Position numbers and translations under genes: made by a program
In this document: piece after piece, positions 1 through 8,880 of the stretch
Numbering within the stretch: the stretch's first letter is position 1
How the letters are laid out: every line of letters starts with the position of its first letter
Assembly (NCBI GenBank): GCA_022447025.1
Contig: JAKUUL010000001.1
Location: forward strand, 17,515-81,514
From: SAR86 cluster bacterium
Lineage (GTDB): Bacteria > Pseudomonadota > Gammaproteobacteria > Magnimaribacterales > Magnimaribacteraceae
Reading direction: 5' to 3'
Length of the DNA stretch: 64,000 nt
Notes under the pieces: model-generated
What the model was told of the DNA's origin: nothing
Database searches by the model: none
What the model saw: only the letters and a program-made list of their open reading frames with translations

Positions 1-705
1 ATACATTTTTAATCCTAACCCTGCTGCCGATAAACAAAAAGGCCAAGCTTTAGTATTCTCACAATGAGGTCCCATTGGGGTCTTTGTCCAAGTCTCATGA
101 AGGTGATCAACTAGTTGATGTTGAGTCCATTCAAATCTTGTTCTATTCACTCCAGCTAAATCAAATGAAGAAGCCCACTTATCTTTCCCACTCACATATG
201 TATGTAGAGCTTGCGTTAGATTTAACCAACCCTTAAAGAATAAGTTGCCATCCGCTCCTATCGGATCTGACTGCAAACCCCAGGGAGCTACTCCATTTGC
301 CGTCCAGCCCGGTGCATCATAGTGTCCCCAAAACTCTTCTGGGATTAGAGTTCCTTTCCATTCTTCTGGATAGTTCTTCCTATCTGGATCGTGTCCAAAT
401 TGCGATAACCAATCCACAGCAGCCCAGTAAGTTATGGATCTTTCAGCAATCTCATCAAGTATTTCTGCATAAACTTCTCTCCAAGCCGGAGTCCTGTCTG
501 CCATTAAGCCTAAGGCATACGTTGATTCTTGAAGATCAAAACGAGGAAAAGAACACATTGGAGGAGTTGAACTCCTATCCCACCATTCATGAGGATCACC
601 ATCTTCAGTCCAATCATCTGGTGTTGTAGATTTCTGATAAAGAAAATTTAACCAGCCCACCGCCCTTTGATTTAGTTCTGGATAATGTTGTTCGGATTTT
701 TGCAT
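1..705 (-). CDS. conserved hypothetical protein (Trp-rich, no TM or signal peptide); N-terminal 235 aa only, C-terminus lies beyond the left window edge
   Basis: Own minus-strand translation from ATG 705-703: MQKSEQHYPELNQRAVGWLNFLYQKSTTPDDWTEDGDPHEWWDRSSTPPMCSF... The frame was checked codon by codon and stays open to nt 1. It is absent from the ORF track only because it has no stop in the window. Its start overlaps the upstream stop as TAATG. Confidence 0.6.
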   Translation of the reverse strand, partial: MQKSEQHYPELNQRAVGWLNFLYQKSTTPDDWTEDGDPHEWWDRSSTPPMCSFPRFDLQESTYALGLMADRTPAWREVYAEILDEIAERSITYWAAVDWLSQFGHDPDRKNYPEEWKGTLIPEEFWGHYDAPGWTANGVAPWGLQSDPIGADGNLFFKGWLNLTQALHTYVSGKDKWASSFDLAGVNRTRFEWTQHQLVDHLHETWTKTPMGPHCENTKAWPFCLSAAGLGLKMY

Positions 706-1112
706 TAACCAGTAAACTTATCTTTAGATCGCCATAAAGCAACCATCGGAATACAAAAGATTAAAGCGGAAATAGAGGCTGCCATTAAATTGTTATCTTT
801 CAATATGTTCCAAACAAACATTGCTATAACAATTTGAGCAACATATACACTGGCCCAAGGCCACATCCATTTTTTCATGCGCCAAAACCCATAAGCACCA
901 AAGCCATATATTAACCAATGCAGGGGCTCAGTCGCTTTGGCATACCAACCCGTCAAGGTAAAGCCAAACCAAATTTCTTCATCCTCTGCTACCGGCTTTA
1001 GAAATAAGTCGAAAGGCATATAAATAAATGTCATATAAATGCAAAAATAAAATATTAAACTCATCCACCAAGGTCTTGAGTTCCAGTCCTGAATCACAAT
1101 TTTGAAGTTCAT
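705..1112 (-). CDS. small integral membrane protein, unknown function
   Basis: 135-aa ORF with about four hydrophobic helices (SLIFYFCIYMTFIYM, WLIYGFGAYGFW, VYVAQIVIAMFVW, ISALIFCIPMVAL). It lies 16 nt after the DUF1330 gene and is TAATG-coupled to the next gene. No family recognised. Confidence 0.5.
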   Translation of the reverse strand: MNFKIVIQDWNSRPWWMSLIFYFCIYMTFIYMPFDLFLKPVAEDEEIWFGFTLTGWYAKATEPLHWLIYGFGAYGFWRMKKWMWPWASVYVAQIVIAMFVWNILKDNNLMAASISALIFCIPMVALWRSKDKFTG

Positions 1113-1128
1113 AGCTAATTCTTAAAGA

Positions 1129-1419
1129 TTAATCTAGCCCGCTAATAACTGCAATATCAGAAGTACTAGCTGCAAACCTGTGCTTAGCTAGCGATTGATA
1201 TTCTTCTGATTCGTACCAGGCCAATGCTTCTTCTTTAGAGGGAAATTCAATAAGAACTGTTCTAGTAGCAGGCCATTGACCCTCTAATAAACTCACATTC
1301 TCATCCACACTTAACAACTTGCCTTTGTAAGACGTAAAGACATCCATAAAGCCAGCCTCGTATTCGGCATATTTTTCTCTGTCCTTAATATCTATTTGAG
1401 CAATTACGTAATGCGCCAT
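1129..1419 (-). CDS. DUF1330-family protein (small alpha+beta barrel type)
   Basis: 96 aa. N-terminal MAHYVIAQIDIKD and C-terminal VLIEFPSKEEALAWYESEEYQ resemble DUF1330 as I remember it. Not searched. Confidence 0.65.
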   Translation of the reverse strand: MAHYVIAQIDIKDREKYAEYEAGFMDVFTSYKGKLLSVDENVSLLEGQWPATRTVLIEFPSKEEALAWYESEEYQSLAKHRFAASTSDIAVISGLD

Positions 1420-1432
1420 ATAAGCTAGCTAA

Positions 1433-2644
1433 CTAAACTCTTGCTTCGGGAAATATTTTTAGAAAGTTTTCTGAATAAAATAGACTCTTAGTGTGTTCAT
1501 CCCTATCTGCTAAAAATCTTTCAAATCTTCCTATTGGATCAGTTGTTCCCTCAACGTGAGGATAATCACTTGAAAAAAGATAGAGTTCAGGATGCGAAGC
1601 ATCAATTAACATACCAACATCCTCATGATGAAAAGGCGTGAAAGCCATTTGTTCTATTAATTGTTCTGAGGGTTTTCTTTTAATTTCACTTAAGTTTTTA
1701 TCAACCCTACTCCAAGTTTTAACTACATAGTCTAATCTTTGTAACATTTCTGGAACCCATCCAGCTCCTAGTTCCACGCTTGCTCCTTTAAGTTTGGGAT
1801 GTCTTTCAAAGACTCCATCCAACACCATCATCGACACAAAAGTTTCTGGTCCTTGATGCATGACAACCATGTCTTTAGCTCTGACATTTTCTCCTCCCCC
1901 CATCCAGTCTTTACTGGGTGGTTTTCCATTATCCGACCAACTTTTATCTAATTGGAGAGGTGAACCACCAACATGCATCAAGAAAGGAATACCTTTTTCG
2001 GAGAGTTTTCTCCAAAAAGGGTCAAGAGCAAGATGTCCAGGAGATCTGTCTCCACAAGCGTAATGTGGGACCCATATGGCTTCAAGACCTGATTCAATAG
2101 CAAAATCTAATTCCACCATAGCCAGTTCGGGTTCATGTAAAGGAATAACTCCAACACCCATCAATCTTGGGTCTTCAGAACAAAAATCTGACATAGCTCT
2201 GTTGTGTGCCCTTGTAGCTCCGTAACGTAATTCGGGAGTTATCTTAAGGCCTTGCTTGTCTACGTATTTAGCCTTACCTCTTACATCCCTGAAAGGAGTT
2301 ACTACGCTATGTGTGGCAAAAACTAATTGTTTCTTAAACCCCAGCATGTCCATAGCAACGCTTCTATCAGCACGATTGAATGCTCCTAACGCTTGAATCT
2401 CTTTTGATTCAGCAATCAATTTATCTCCTAAGGCAATCTGTGCTTCCACATGTTCTTTACTATGTTGACCTCCGTTATTAACTATTTCTTCAACCTCTTC
2501 ATCAGTAACGAGACTCGCTTTGTAATTAACTGGTGGTATTAAGTCTTTAAATTCTTTATCTGCATAATCTATGATGAAATTCGGTAGCTCCATCACATGG
2601 CTATCTGCATCATAGAAATCTCGATTATCAGGGGCGTAGGCCAT
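1433..2644 (-). CDS. amidohydrolase-2 family protein (ACMSD/LigW-type metal-dependent hydrolase or decarboxylase fold)
   Basis: 403 aa. N-terminal DADSHVME and C-terminal FSSDYPHVEG metal-ligand-like motifs are typical of this TIM-barrel family. No signal peptide. Confidence 0.65.
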   Translation of the reverse strand: MAYAPDNRDFYDADSHVMELPNFIIDYADKEFKDLIPPVNYKASLVTDEEVEEIVNNGGQHSKEHVEAQIALGDKLIAESKEIQALGAFNRADRSVAMDMLGFKKQLVFATHSVVTPFRDVRGKAKYVDKQGLKITPELRYGATRAHNRAMSDFCSEDPRLMGVGVIPLHEPELAMVELDFAIESGLEAIWVPHYACGDRSPGHLALDPFWRKLSEKGIPFLMHVGGSPLQLDKSWSDNGKPPSKDWMGGGENVRAKDMVVMHQGPETFVSMMVLDGVFERHPKLKGASVELGAGWVPEMLQRLDYVVKTWSRVDKNLSEIKRKPSEQLIEQMAFTPFHHEDVGMLIDASHPELYLFSSDYPHVEGTTDPIGRFERFLADRDEHTKSLFYSENFLKIFPEARV

Positions 2645-2768
2645 AATTATTCTCCTAGAAAATTGATTTTATGATACCACCAATCGCTTCTGCCTCTATG
2701 CATTTGTATGGATAGCATTCCTATAAAGATACTCATTTTGTTATATTGGTTTAAAACGAGGATTAAAC

Positions 2769-3431
2769 ATGTCTACAGGAATTTTAGATTACACAACTGA
2801 CTTAAGAGAATACCTTTGGGAAAAGGGAATGGAAGAACATCCTGCCTTAACGGAATTGAGACTAGAAACCGCTAAGTTACCGCAGTCGATGATGCAAATA
2901 TGTCCAGAGCAAGGGGCCTTGATGGCAAATTTAATAAGATTGATGTCAGCCAAAAAAACTCTAGAGATAGGTACCTTTACTGGCTACAGCGCTTTAAGTG
3001 TGGCGTTAGCCCTTCCCGAAGACGGGGAGCTTATAGCATGTGACATTTCTGAGGAATGGACTGCCATGGGGCAAAAGAAATGGGAACAGGCTGGAGTATC
3101 ACATAAGATAAATTTAAAGCTTGGACCAGCCGTGGACACACTGGACTCATTGTTAAAAGAAGGTCAACAAGGTTATTTTGATTTCGCTTTTATCGATGCT
3201 GACAAAGCCAATTACCCTGCCTACTATGAAAAATGTTTAAAACTATTACGAAAAGGTGGAGTAATAGCCATAGATAATGTTTTGTGGGGTGGATCGGTTA
3301 TCGATTCTAAAAGAAATGACGAGGACACTAAGGCAATTAGAGAGCTTAATGACTTCATCAGAAATGATAAGAGAGTTTCAATCTCTATGGTTCCTATTGG
3401 AGATGGTTTAACTCTTGCATTTATAAACTAA
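2769..3431 (+). CDS. class I SAM-dependent O-methyltransferase (caffeoyl-CoA/catechol OMT-like)
   Basis: 220 aa. SAM loop LEIGTFTGYSAL; metal/substrate motif FIDADKANY; C-terminal ISMVPIGDGLTL is typical of this family. Confidence 0.8.
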   Translation: MSTGILDYTTDLREYLWEKGMEEHPALTELRLETAKLPQSMMQICPEQGALMANLIRLMSAKKTLEIGTFTGYSALSVALALPEDGELIACDISEEWTAMGQKKWEQAGVSHKINLKLGPAVDTLDSLLKEGQQGYFDFAFIDADKANYPAYYEKCLKLLRKGGVIAIDNVLWGGSVIDSKRNDEDTKAIRELNDFIRNDKRVSISMVPIGDGLTLAFIN

Positions 3432-4483
3432 TGTCTAAATGGGATAAAGAGCAAGCTAGGGAATGGTATACCAACCAGCCTTGGTTAGTTGGTTGTAACT
3501 TTTTACCAAGCAATGCGATTAACCAACTGGAGATGTTTCAACAAGAATCTTATGACTCGCAAACCATAGAAAGAGAGGTTTCATGGGCTAATAACTTGGG
3601 ATTCAACAGTTTAAGAATATATCTTCACGACCTTTTGTGGAAAGAAGACCCTAGAGGCTTTTGCAATCGCTTAGATGATTTATTAACTATTTGCAGTAAG
3701 CACTCTATTAGGCCTATCTTAGTTTTATTTGATGACTGTCATAGACCCTATCCCAAGTTAGGCAAGCAGCCTCTTCCAGTGATTGGAGTTCATAATTCTG
3801 GCTGGAAACAAAGCCCGGGAGTTGAGTTGGTGCATTTAATTCATGAACAAAAAGCCAGTGAAGAAGAATTCCGTTTAAAAGAATTTGTTCAAGGGGTTTT
3901 AACAGAGTTTGCTGAGGATCAAAGAATACTAATGTGGGATATTTACAATGAGCCGGGCCAATTTGGTGTAGGGGAACAGTCATTAACCCTTTTAAAAAAT
4001 ACCTGGAAGTGGGCTCACGAAGTCAGACCTTCTCAACCCCTTACCTCCTGTCTAGATGGCGCTGTCGGGGAAGAAATTATTAACCTAAATCAAGAAAATT
4101 CTGATGTTATAACTTTTCACTGCTATGAAGGTTCTAAATTGGAACAGATCATAAAAACCCTTCTAGATCTGGATAGACCTATCATTTGCACTGAGTATAT
4201 GGCAAGAGAGTTTGGTACAAATTTTGAGTTCAGTTTACCTATTTTTAAAAACTATGGAGTGGGGTGTTACAACTGGGGTCTGGTGGCAGGTAAAAGCCAA
4301 ACTCACTTTGGCTGGTCAACTATTGCTGATCTACAAAAACTTAAAAAGGAAGGTAAATTTTTAAATTCAGGAGACCCCATTCCTGAACCCGAAGAATGGT
4401 TTCATGACATCTTACGAATTGATGGATCGCCCTATGATGAAGCTGAAGTCAGTTTTATTAGAAAAATTACTGAACAAACCTAA
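3431..4483 (+). CDS. cytoplasmic GH5-like glycoside hydrolase ((beta/alpha)8 clan GH-A)
   Basis: 350 aa with no signal peptide. NEP acid/base motif in WDIYNEPGQ; candidate nucleophile in ICTEYMARE. Start overlaps the OMT stop as TAATG. Confidence 0.5.
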   Translation: MSKWDKEQAREWYTNQPWLVGCNFLPSNAINQLEMFQQESYDSQTIEREVSWANNLGFNSLRIYLHDLLWKEDPRGFCNRLDDLLTICSKHSIRPILVLFDDCHRPYPKLGKQPLPVIGVHNSGWKQSPGVELVHLIHEQKASEEEFRLKEFVQGVLTEFAEDQRILMWDIYNEPGQFGVGEQSLTLLKNTWKWAHEVRPSQPLTSCLDGAVGEEIINLNQENSDVITFHCYEGSKLEQIIKTLLDLDRPIICTEYMAREFGTNFEFSLPIFKNYGVGCYNWGLVAGKSQTHFGWSTIADLQKLKKEGKFLNSGDPIPEPEEWFHDILRIDGSPYDEAEVSFIRKITEQT

Positions 4484-4545
4484 TTAATATTATTTGATAC
4501 TGACAGGATTCTAATTAATATAGTAAAAAAGAGTAAGGAGAAATT

Positions 4546-5337
4546 ATGAAACCAGTTTGTCTAGTTTTAGGTGCAGGAGCAGGTATAGGAGGTACGGTAG
4601 CTACAAAATTTGCACAAGAAGGATATCACTCGTCATTATGTAGACGATCCGATAAAGAAGGTTTAGATCGTTTGGTAAAAAATATTGAAGACCAGGGCGG
4701 TTCGGCCAATGGTTATATTATGAATGCGATTGAAGATAATGCCATTGAAGAAGTTATAACATCCATAGAATCAGATATTGGGCCTATTGAAGTCCTTGTC
4801 TACAACCTGGGAGCTCAAACGGGCATGAAATTGCTTGATCAAACAAGTCATAAAGAATTTGAGTGGGGTTGGAGGATGGCAAGCTTTGGGCTTTTTAGAG
4901 CGGCTAAGGTTTTATGTCCTTTAATGTTAGAAAGAGGCAAAGGAACCTTTTTAGTAACTTCAGCGACAGCAGCAATGAGAGGCAATATGAACCAGCACTC
5001 ACATGCAGCGGCAATGGGAGCCAGAAGAATGTTATGTCAATCATTAAATGCTGAGTTCTCTTCTCAAGGAATTCATGTTGTCCATATTGTTGTTGATGGA
5101 GCTGTAGATGCACCCGATACGCTGGGCAAGATGATGGGTCCTGAAATGTACCAGAAGTTTAGAGAAACAAAAGGAATGGAGCATGATGGGTTATTACTTC
5201 CTGAAAAAATAGCTGATACTTATTATCATTTAGCTCAACAACATAGATCGTCTTGGACTCATGAACTAGATATGAGAGCCTTTTCTGATGCGGCCTGGTG
5301 GAATAGCTCTATTATGCTGGAACAGAATAGAGATTAG
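4546..5337 (+). CDS. SDR-fold oxidoreductase, atypical active site
   Basis: Rossmann loop LGAGAGIGG. At the position where classical SDRs have YxxxK the sequence reads HAAAM (..NQHSHAAAMGARR..), so it looks like an atypical SDR. Good RBS (aaggag) 6 nt upstream. Confidence 0.7.
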   Translation: MKPVCLVLGAGAGIGGTVATKFAQEGYHSSLCRRSDKEGLDRLVKNIEDQGGSANGYIMNAIEDNAIEEVITSIESDIGPIEVLVYNLGAQTGMKLLDQTSHKEFEWGWRMASFGLFRAAKVLCPLMLERGKGTFLVTSATAAMRGNMNQHSHAAAMGARRMLCQSLNAEFSSQGIHVVHIVVDGAVDAPDTLGKMMGPEMYQKFRETKGMEHDGLLLPEKIADTYYHLAQQHRSSWTHELDMRAFSDAAWWNSSIMLEQNRD

Positions 5338-5383
5338 ATTCATAGACTTTCTACTTAATCCTAAAAGAGTAAAGAAATAAAAA

Positions 5384-5908
5384 ATGAACTCATTAGGAAA
5401 AGATTCTTTGTTAACTCTTTGGGCAATTCCTAAAAAGGAAGAGGTTCCTTTATTCCTGGAAGCTAAACGACTTATTGATAACAAATTAAACGGGCCTAAT
5501 TTTCCAATTCATATGACCTTAGCTGTGCAATTTGACCTTAATCCTTCAAAAGTTAAAAACTTAGAAGAAGAAATCGCCAATAGAATTAATCCAATTGAAA
5601 TATCTTATAAAGGTTATGGCATGAAAGATTATTTCTTTCAGGCTTTCTATGTGAAGGTAGATCTTAACCAAGACCTTCAATCGGCAAGATCAAAAATTTG
5701 CGACATCGTAAAGATAGAAGATGAAGAGTTCATGCCACACTTAAGTCTTTACTACGGCAAAAGATCCTTGGAAAAAAAACAATCGCTTTTAGCTGAATTG
5801 CCTGAGATAGAAGGTAGTTTTACAGCTGAAACCTTTTATCTAGTTTCTTTTGATCCAAAAAATATAGAATGGAAGATTCTCAATAGCATCCATTTAGGAG
5901 AGGTTTAG
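5384..5908 (+). CDS. 2H phosphoesterase superfamily protein (LigT / cyclic phosphodiesterase-like)
   Basis: 174 aa with two H-x-T/S-x motifs at the expected spacing (PIHMTLAV and PHLSLYYG). Confidence 0.6.
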   Translation: MNSLGKDSLLTLWAIPKKEEVPLFLEAKRLIDNKLNGPNFPIHMTLAVQFDLNPSKVKNLEEEIANRINPIEISYKGYGMKDYFFQAFYVKVDLNQDLQSARSKICDIVKIEDEEFMPHLSLYYGKRSLEKKQSLLAELPEIEGSFTAETFYLVSFDPKNIEWKILNSIHLGEV

Positions 5909-5910
5909 AT

Positions 5911-6099
5911 ATGTTTAATTTTAATCACTTGAAAGAAGCTCAGCAAAATTACTTTAAACATGGCTTAAGGGCCTTATATTTATCTAGCATTTTTATTTTT
6001 CTCGCTTTTATAGCTTTTATTCATGCTATTTTTCCGTTTTTATTCTACAAAACAGTGAGCAGCTGGATTATAGATATAAACAAAGAAATCAAAGGTTAA
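5911..6099 (+). CDS. 62-aa single-pass membrane protein (resembles the DUF6356-type small proteins I recall from marine genomes)
   Basis: ORF 2 nt after the 2H gene and 4 nt before the TauD gene. Hydrophobic core LYLSSIFIFLAFIAFIHAIFPFLF. Confidence 0.45.
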   Translation: MFNFNHLKEAQQNYFKHGLRALYLSSIFIFLAFIAFIHAIFPFLFYKTVSSWIIDINKEIKG

Positions 6100-6103
6100 A
6101 TAT

Positions 6104-6940
6104 ATGTCTGAAATAATAATTAATCCAGCATCGGGTTCTATAGGTGCTGAAATCGGCGGTGTTGATTTATCTGTAGATCTATCTGATGCTGTTTTTTCCG
6201 AGATTCGTCAGACCTTCATCGAACATGGATTAATCTTTTTTCGTAACCAAGAATTAACACCAGATGATCATTTAAGATTTGCAAAACGTTGGGGTGAGAT
6301 AAATATCAACCGTTTTTTTGCAAAAGTAGAGGGTCATGAGCAAATAGCAGAAGTAAAAAAAGACACCGATCAAGAAATCAATATCGGTGGGGCTTGGCAT
6401 ACGGACCATTCGTATGACCAGATCCCTGCAATGGGTTCCATTTTATTGGCTAGGGAAACACCCAAAACAGGTGGTGACACTCTTTTTGCTAATATGTATA
6501 GAGCTTATGAAAGCCTTTCTGATGGACTGAAAGGAACTCTTGAGAGCATGAATGCATGTCATTCAAGTAGACACGTTTTTGGTGCCCATACAGGCTATGC
6601 AGAGGCTTCTAATCAGCGCATAGGTAATCCTGAACTGGCAACACAAGATGCAATCCACCCCGTGATCATTACCCATCCAGAAAGCAAGCGTAAAGCCCTT
6701 TATGTAAACCCTGAATTCACTGTTAACTTTGAAGGGTGGACAAAAGAAGAATCAAAACCCCTGTTGAATTACCTAACCGAACACAGCACTAGGTCAGAAA
6801 ATATCACTCGATTTAAATGGGAACCTGGATCTATTGCTTTTTGGGATAACCGCTGCACATGGCACTTTGCCTTGAATGATTATCCAGGTGAAAAACGTTT
6901 AATGCATCGAATTACCGTTGAAGGATCTGCACTCTGTTAA
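6104..6940 (+). CDS. TauD/TfdA-family Fe(II)/2-oxoglutarate dioxygenase
   Basis: 278 aa. HxD iron motif in GGAWHTDHSYD, distal His in CTWHFALNDY, family-typical FWDNR. Confidence 0.85.
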   Translation: MSEIIINPASGSIGAEIGGVDLSVDLSDAVFSEIRQTFIEHGLIFFRNQELTPDDHLRFAKRWGEININRFFAKVEGHEQIAEVKKDTDQEINIGGAWHTDHSYDQIPAMGSILLARETPKTGGDTLFANMYRAYESLSDGLKGTLESMNACHSSRHVFGAHTGYAEASNQRIGNPELATQDAIHPVIITHPESKRKALYVNPEFTVNFEGWTKEESKPLLNYLTEHSTRSENITRFKWEPGSIAFWDNRCTWHFALNDYPGEKRLMHRITVEGSALC

Positions 6941-6943
6941 CTG

Positions 6944-7885
6944 ATGACCAACAGATTCACCAATGAACACATTGAAGCTTGGCGAAAAGAAGGGGCGGTT
7001 GTTGTCCCTGAGTTCTTTAAAGACAAAGAAATAGAGGAAGTTGCTGGGGACTTTGAAATTATTTTCCCAGGCCGAAAAACCGAAGCGGAAGCACTTAATA
7101 AGAAACAAAAAGGAGAGGTAGGAAATAAATTACCGTTGCAGTTATCCGGAAAGGAGATGGGTAAAACCACGATGGAGCAGTTTAAAAATTTTGAAAATAT
7201 ACCTTTTGACTGTTCCAGTTCTCTAAATCTAATTTCAGTGCACCCGAGCTTGATAGAATTTGCTCGATCCGCTTTAAAAACTAATCATGTAAGACTATAT
7301 CAGGCACAAGCCTGGGCAAAATTCACGGGAGAAGCGGACTATGACCAAGCCTTTCACTGTGACTTTGGTAATCATACTCTTACCGTGCCTTCCCGAGATG
7401 AATGCTTAAACTCTATTACCTTCATTATTTATTTCACAGATGTAACCGAAGCCCATGGACCTACCCACTACGTCAATCGAAGTGACAGTAATAATTTTGA
7501 AGGAATGAAACGGTTCCTAAAGCATCGTGAAGACCTGCAGCACCAAAAGGAACTGAGAAAGTTTGAACGCAGTGCTGCCGGACTCGCAGGTACACTCTTG
7601 GCCTACGGCATTGATGTTTTTCATCGCGGAACAAACCTGACTGAACCTGGTGGTTATCGATATGCCATGACTTCTTGTTTTAAAAAAGCAGGCAATGATG
7701 CTATTGGTTACACTTCCTGGCCCTGGCACTTTGCTAAACCTTGGCATAAAATTTTTGAGCATGCGACTCCCGACCAACTTAACTGTTTTGGTGTCCCTTT
7801 GCCTGGAGACCCTTTCTGGACTGAAGAGACACTATCACTAGCACAGTTGAGATATCCTAAGTGGGATATGACAGAATACTCATAA
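6944..7885 (+). CDS. phytanoyl-CoA dioxygenase (PhyH)-family Fe(II)/2-oxoglutarate oxygenase
   Basis: 313 aa. HxD in AFHCDFG and distal His in DVFHRGTN. 3 nt after the TauD stop. Confidence 0.7.
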   Translation: MTNRFTNEHIEAWRKEGAVVVPEFFKDKEIEEVAGDFEIIFPGRKTEAEALNKKQKGEVGNKLPLQLSGKEMGKTTMEQFKNFENIPFDCSSSLNLISVHPSLIEFARSALKTNHVRLYQAQAWAKFTGEADYDQAFHCDFGNHTLTVPSRDECLNSITFIIYFTDVTEAHGPTHYVNRSDSNNFEGMKRFLKHREDLQHQKELRKFERSAAGLAGTLLAYGIDVFHRGTNLTEPGGYRYAMTSCFKKAGNDAIGYTSWPWHFAKPWHKIFEHATPDQLNCFGVPLPGDPFWTEETLSLAQLRYPKWDMTEYS

Positions 7886-7911
7886 TTAAAAATTTTTATT
7901 AGGAGAAAACT

Positions 7912-8880
7912 ATGATTTCAGAACAACAGAAACCTGTGAATTCAGGCTTTGGAGCTAAAAGTGAACCTGCAGAAGTGTTAGCAGGTATAGACCTTAGTGG
8001 TAAGACAGCATTAGTTACAGGTGGATATTCTGGTATTGGAACTGAAACAAGCCGAGCATTAGTGGAAGCTGGGTGTGAAGTCTACGCTCCTGCTCGAAGA
8101 ACTGATGTTGCTCTTAATGAGCTTGAAGGCATAGTTCCGGCTGAAAATATAGTTGAAATGGATTTAGCTAACCCTAAATCAGTACAAAATTTTGTGGATG
8201 ATTTCTCAAGCCATGTTAATAAGCTTGATATTCTCATTAATAATGCAGGCGTTATGGCTTGCCCCGAAATGCGAACTCCGGAGGGATGGGAATTGCAGTT
8301 TGCGGTTAACCAAATAGGTCATTTCGTTCTGACTAAAGGGTTATTGCCTTTGATGCAGGCAGCTGAAGGTGCCCGCTTGGTAACCCTGTCATCTACAGGA
8401 CACAAAATGTCAGGGATTCGTTGGGATGATATTCATTTTAACGACTCGGAATACGAGAAGTGGACTGCTTATGGCCAATCTAAAACAGCTGCCAGCCTAT
8501 TGGCGATCGAAGTGGATAAGCGTATGAAGGATAGTGGTGTCAGAGCTTTTGGAGTACACCCCGGTGGCATCATGACTCCCTTGCAAAGACATTTAGAACA
8601 AGAGGAAATGGTTGCTTTAGGTTGGATGGATAAAGATGGGCAACCGACTGAACGCGTAGCTAAAATGTTTAAAACTCCTACCCAAGGAGCTTCCACCAGT
8701 CTGTGGGCTGCTACCAGTCCTCAGCTTAATGACATTGGCGGAGTCTATTGTGAAAATTGTGAGGTGGCTGCACCAACGGATGATGGTGAAAATGCTCGTT
8801 TTATTGGAGTCAATGACTGGGCTGTCGATTCAGAAGAAGCCAGTCGTTTGTGGGATGAAACCGAGCGTATGCTCAGTTAA
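7912..8880 (+). CDS. classical SDR oxidoreductase (retinol-dehydrogenase/WWOX-like subgroup)
   Basis: TGGYSGIGTET, NNAGVMA, catalytic YGQSK. 322 aa. Confidence 0.8.
   Translation: MISEQQKPVNSGFGAKSEPAEVLAGIDLSGKTALVTGGYSGIGTETSRALVEAGCEVYAPARRTDVALNELEGIVPAENIVEMDLANPKSVQNFVDDFSSHVNKLDILINNAGVMACPEMRTPEGWELQFAVNQIGHFVLTKGLLPLMQAAEGARLVTLSSTGHKMSGIRWDDIHFNDSEYEKWTAYGQSKTAASLLAIEVDKRMKDSGVRAFGVHPGGIMTPLQRHLEQEEMVALGWMDKDGQPTERVAKMFKTPTQGASTSLWAATSPQLNDIGGVYCENCEVAAPTDDGENARFIGVNDWAVDSEEASRLWDETERMLS

Noticed and set aside
297-629. 110-aa plus-strand ORF from the track
   Set aside because: It lies entirely antisense to a longer open frame (1-705, minus) that has a coupled start and a protein-like composition. 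Its own sequence is low-complexity (S/L/H/Q-rich), with no RBS or recognisable motif.
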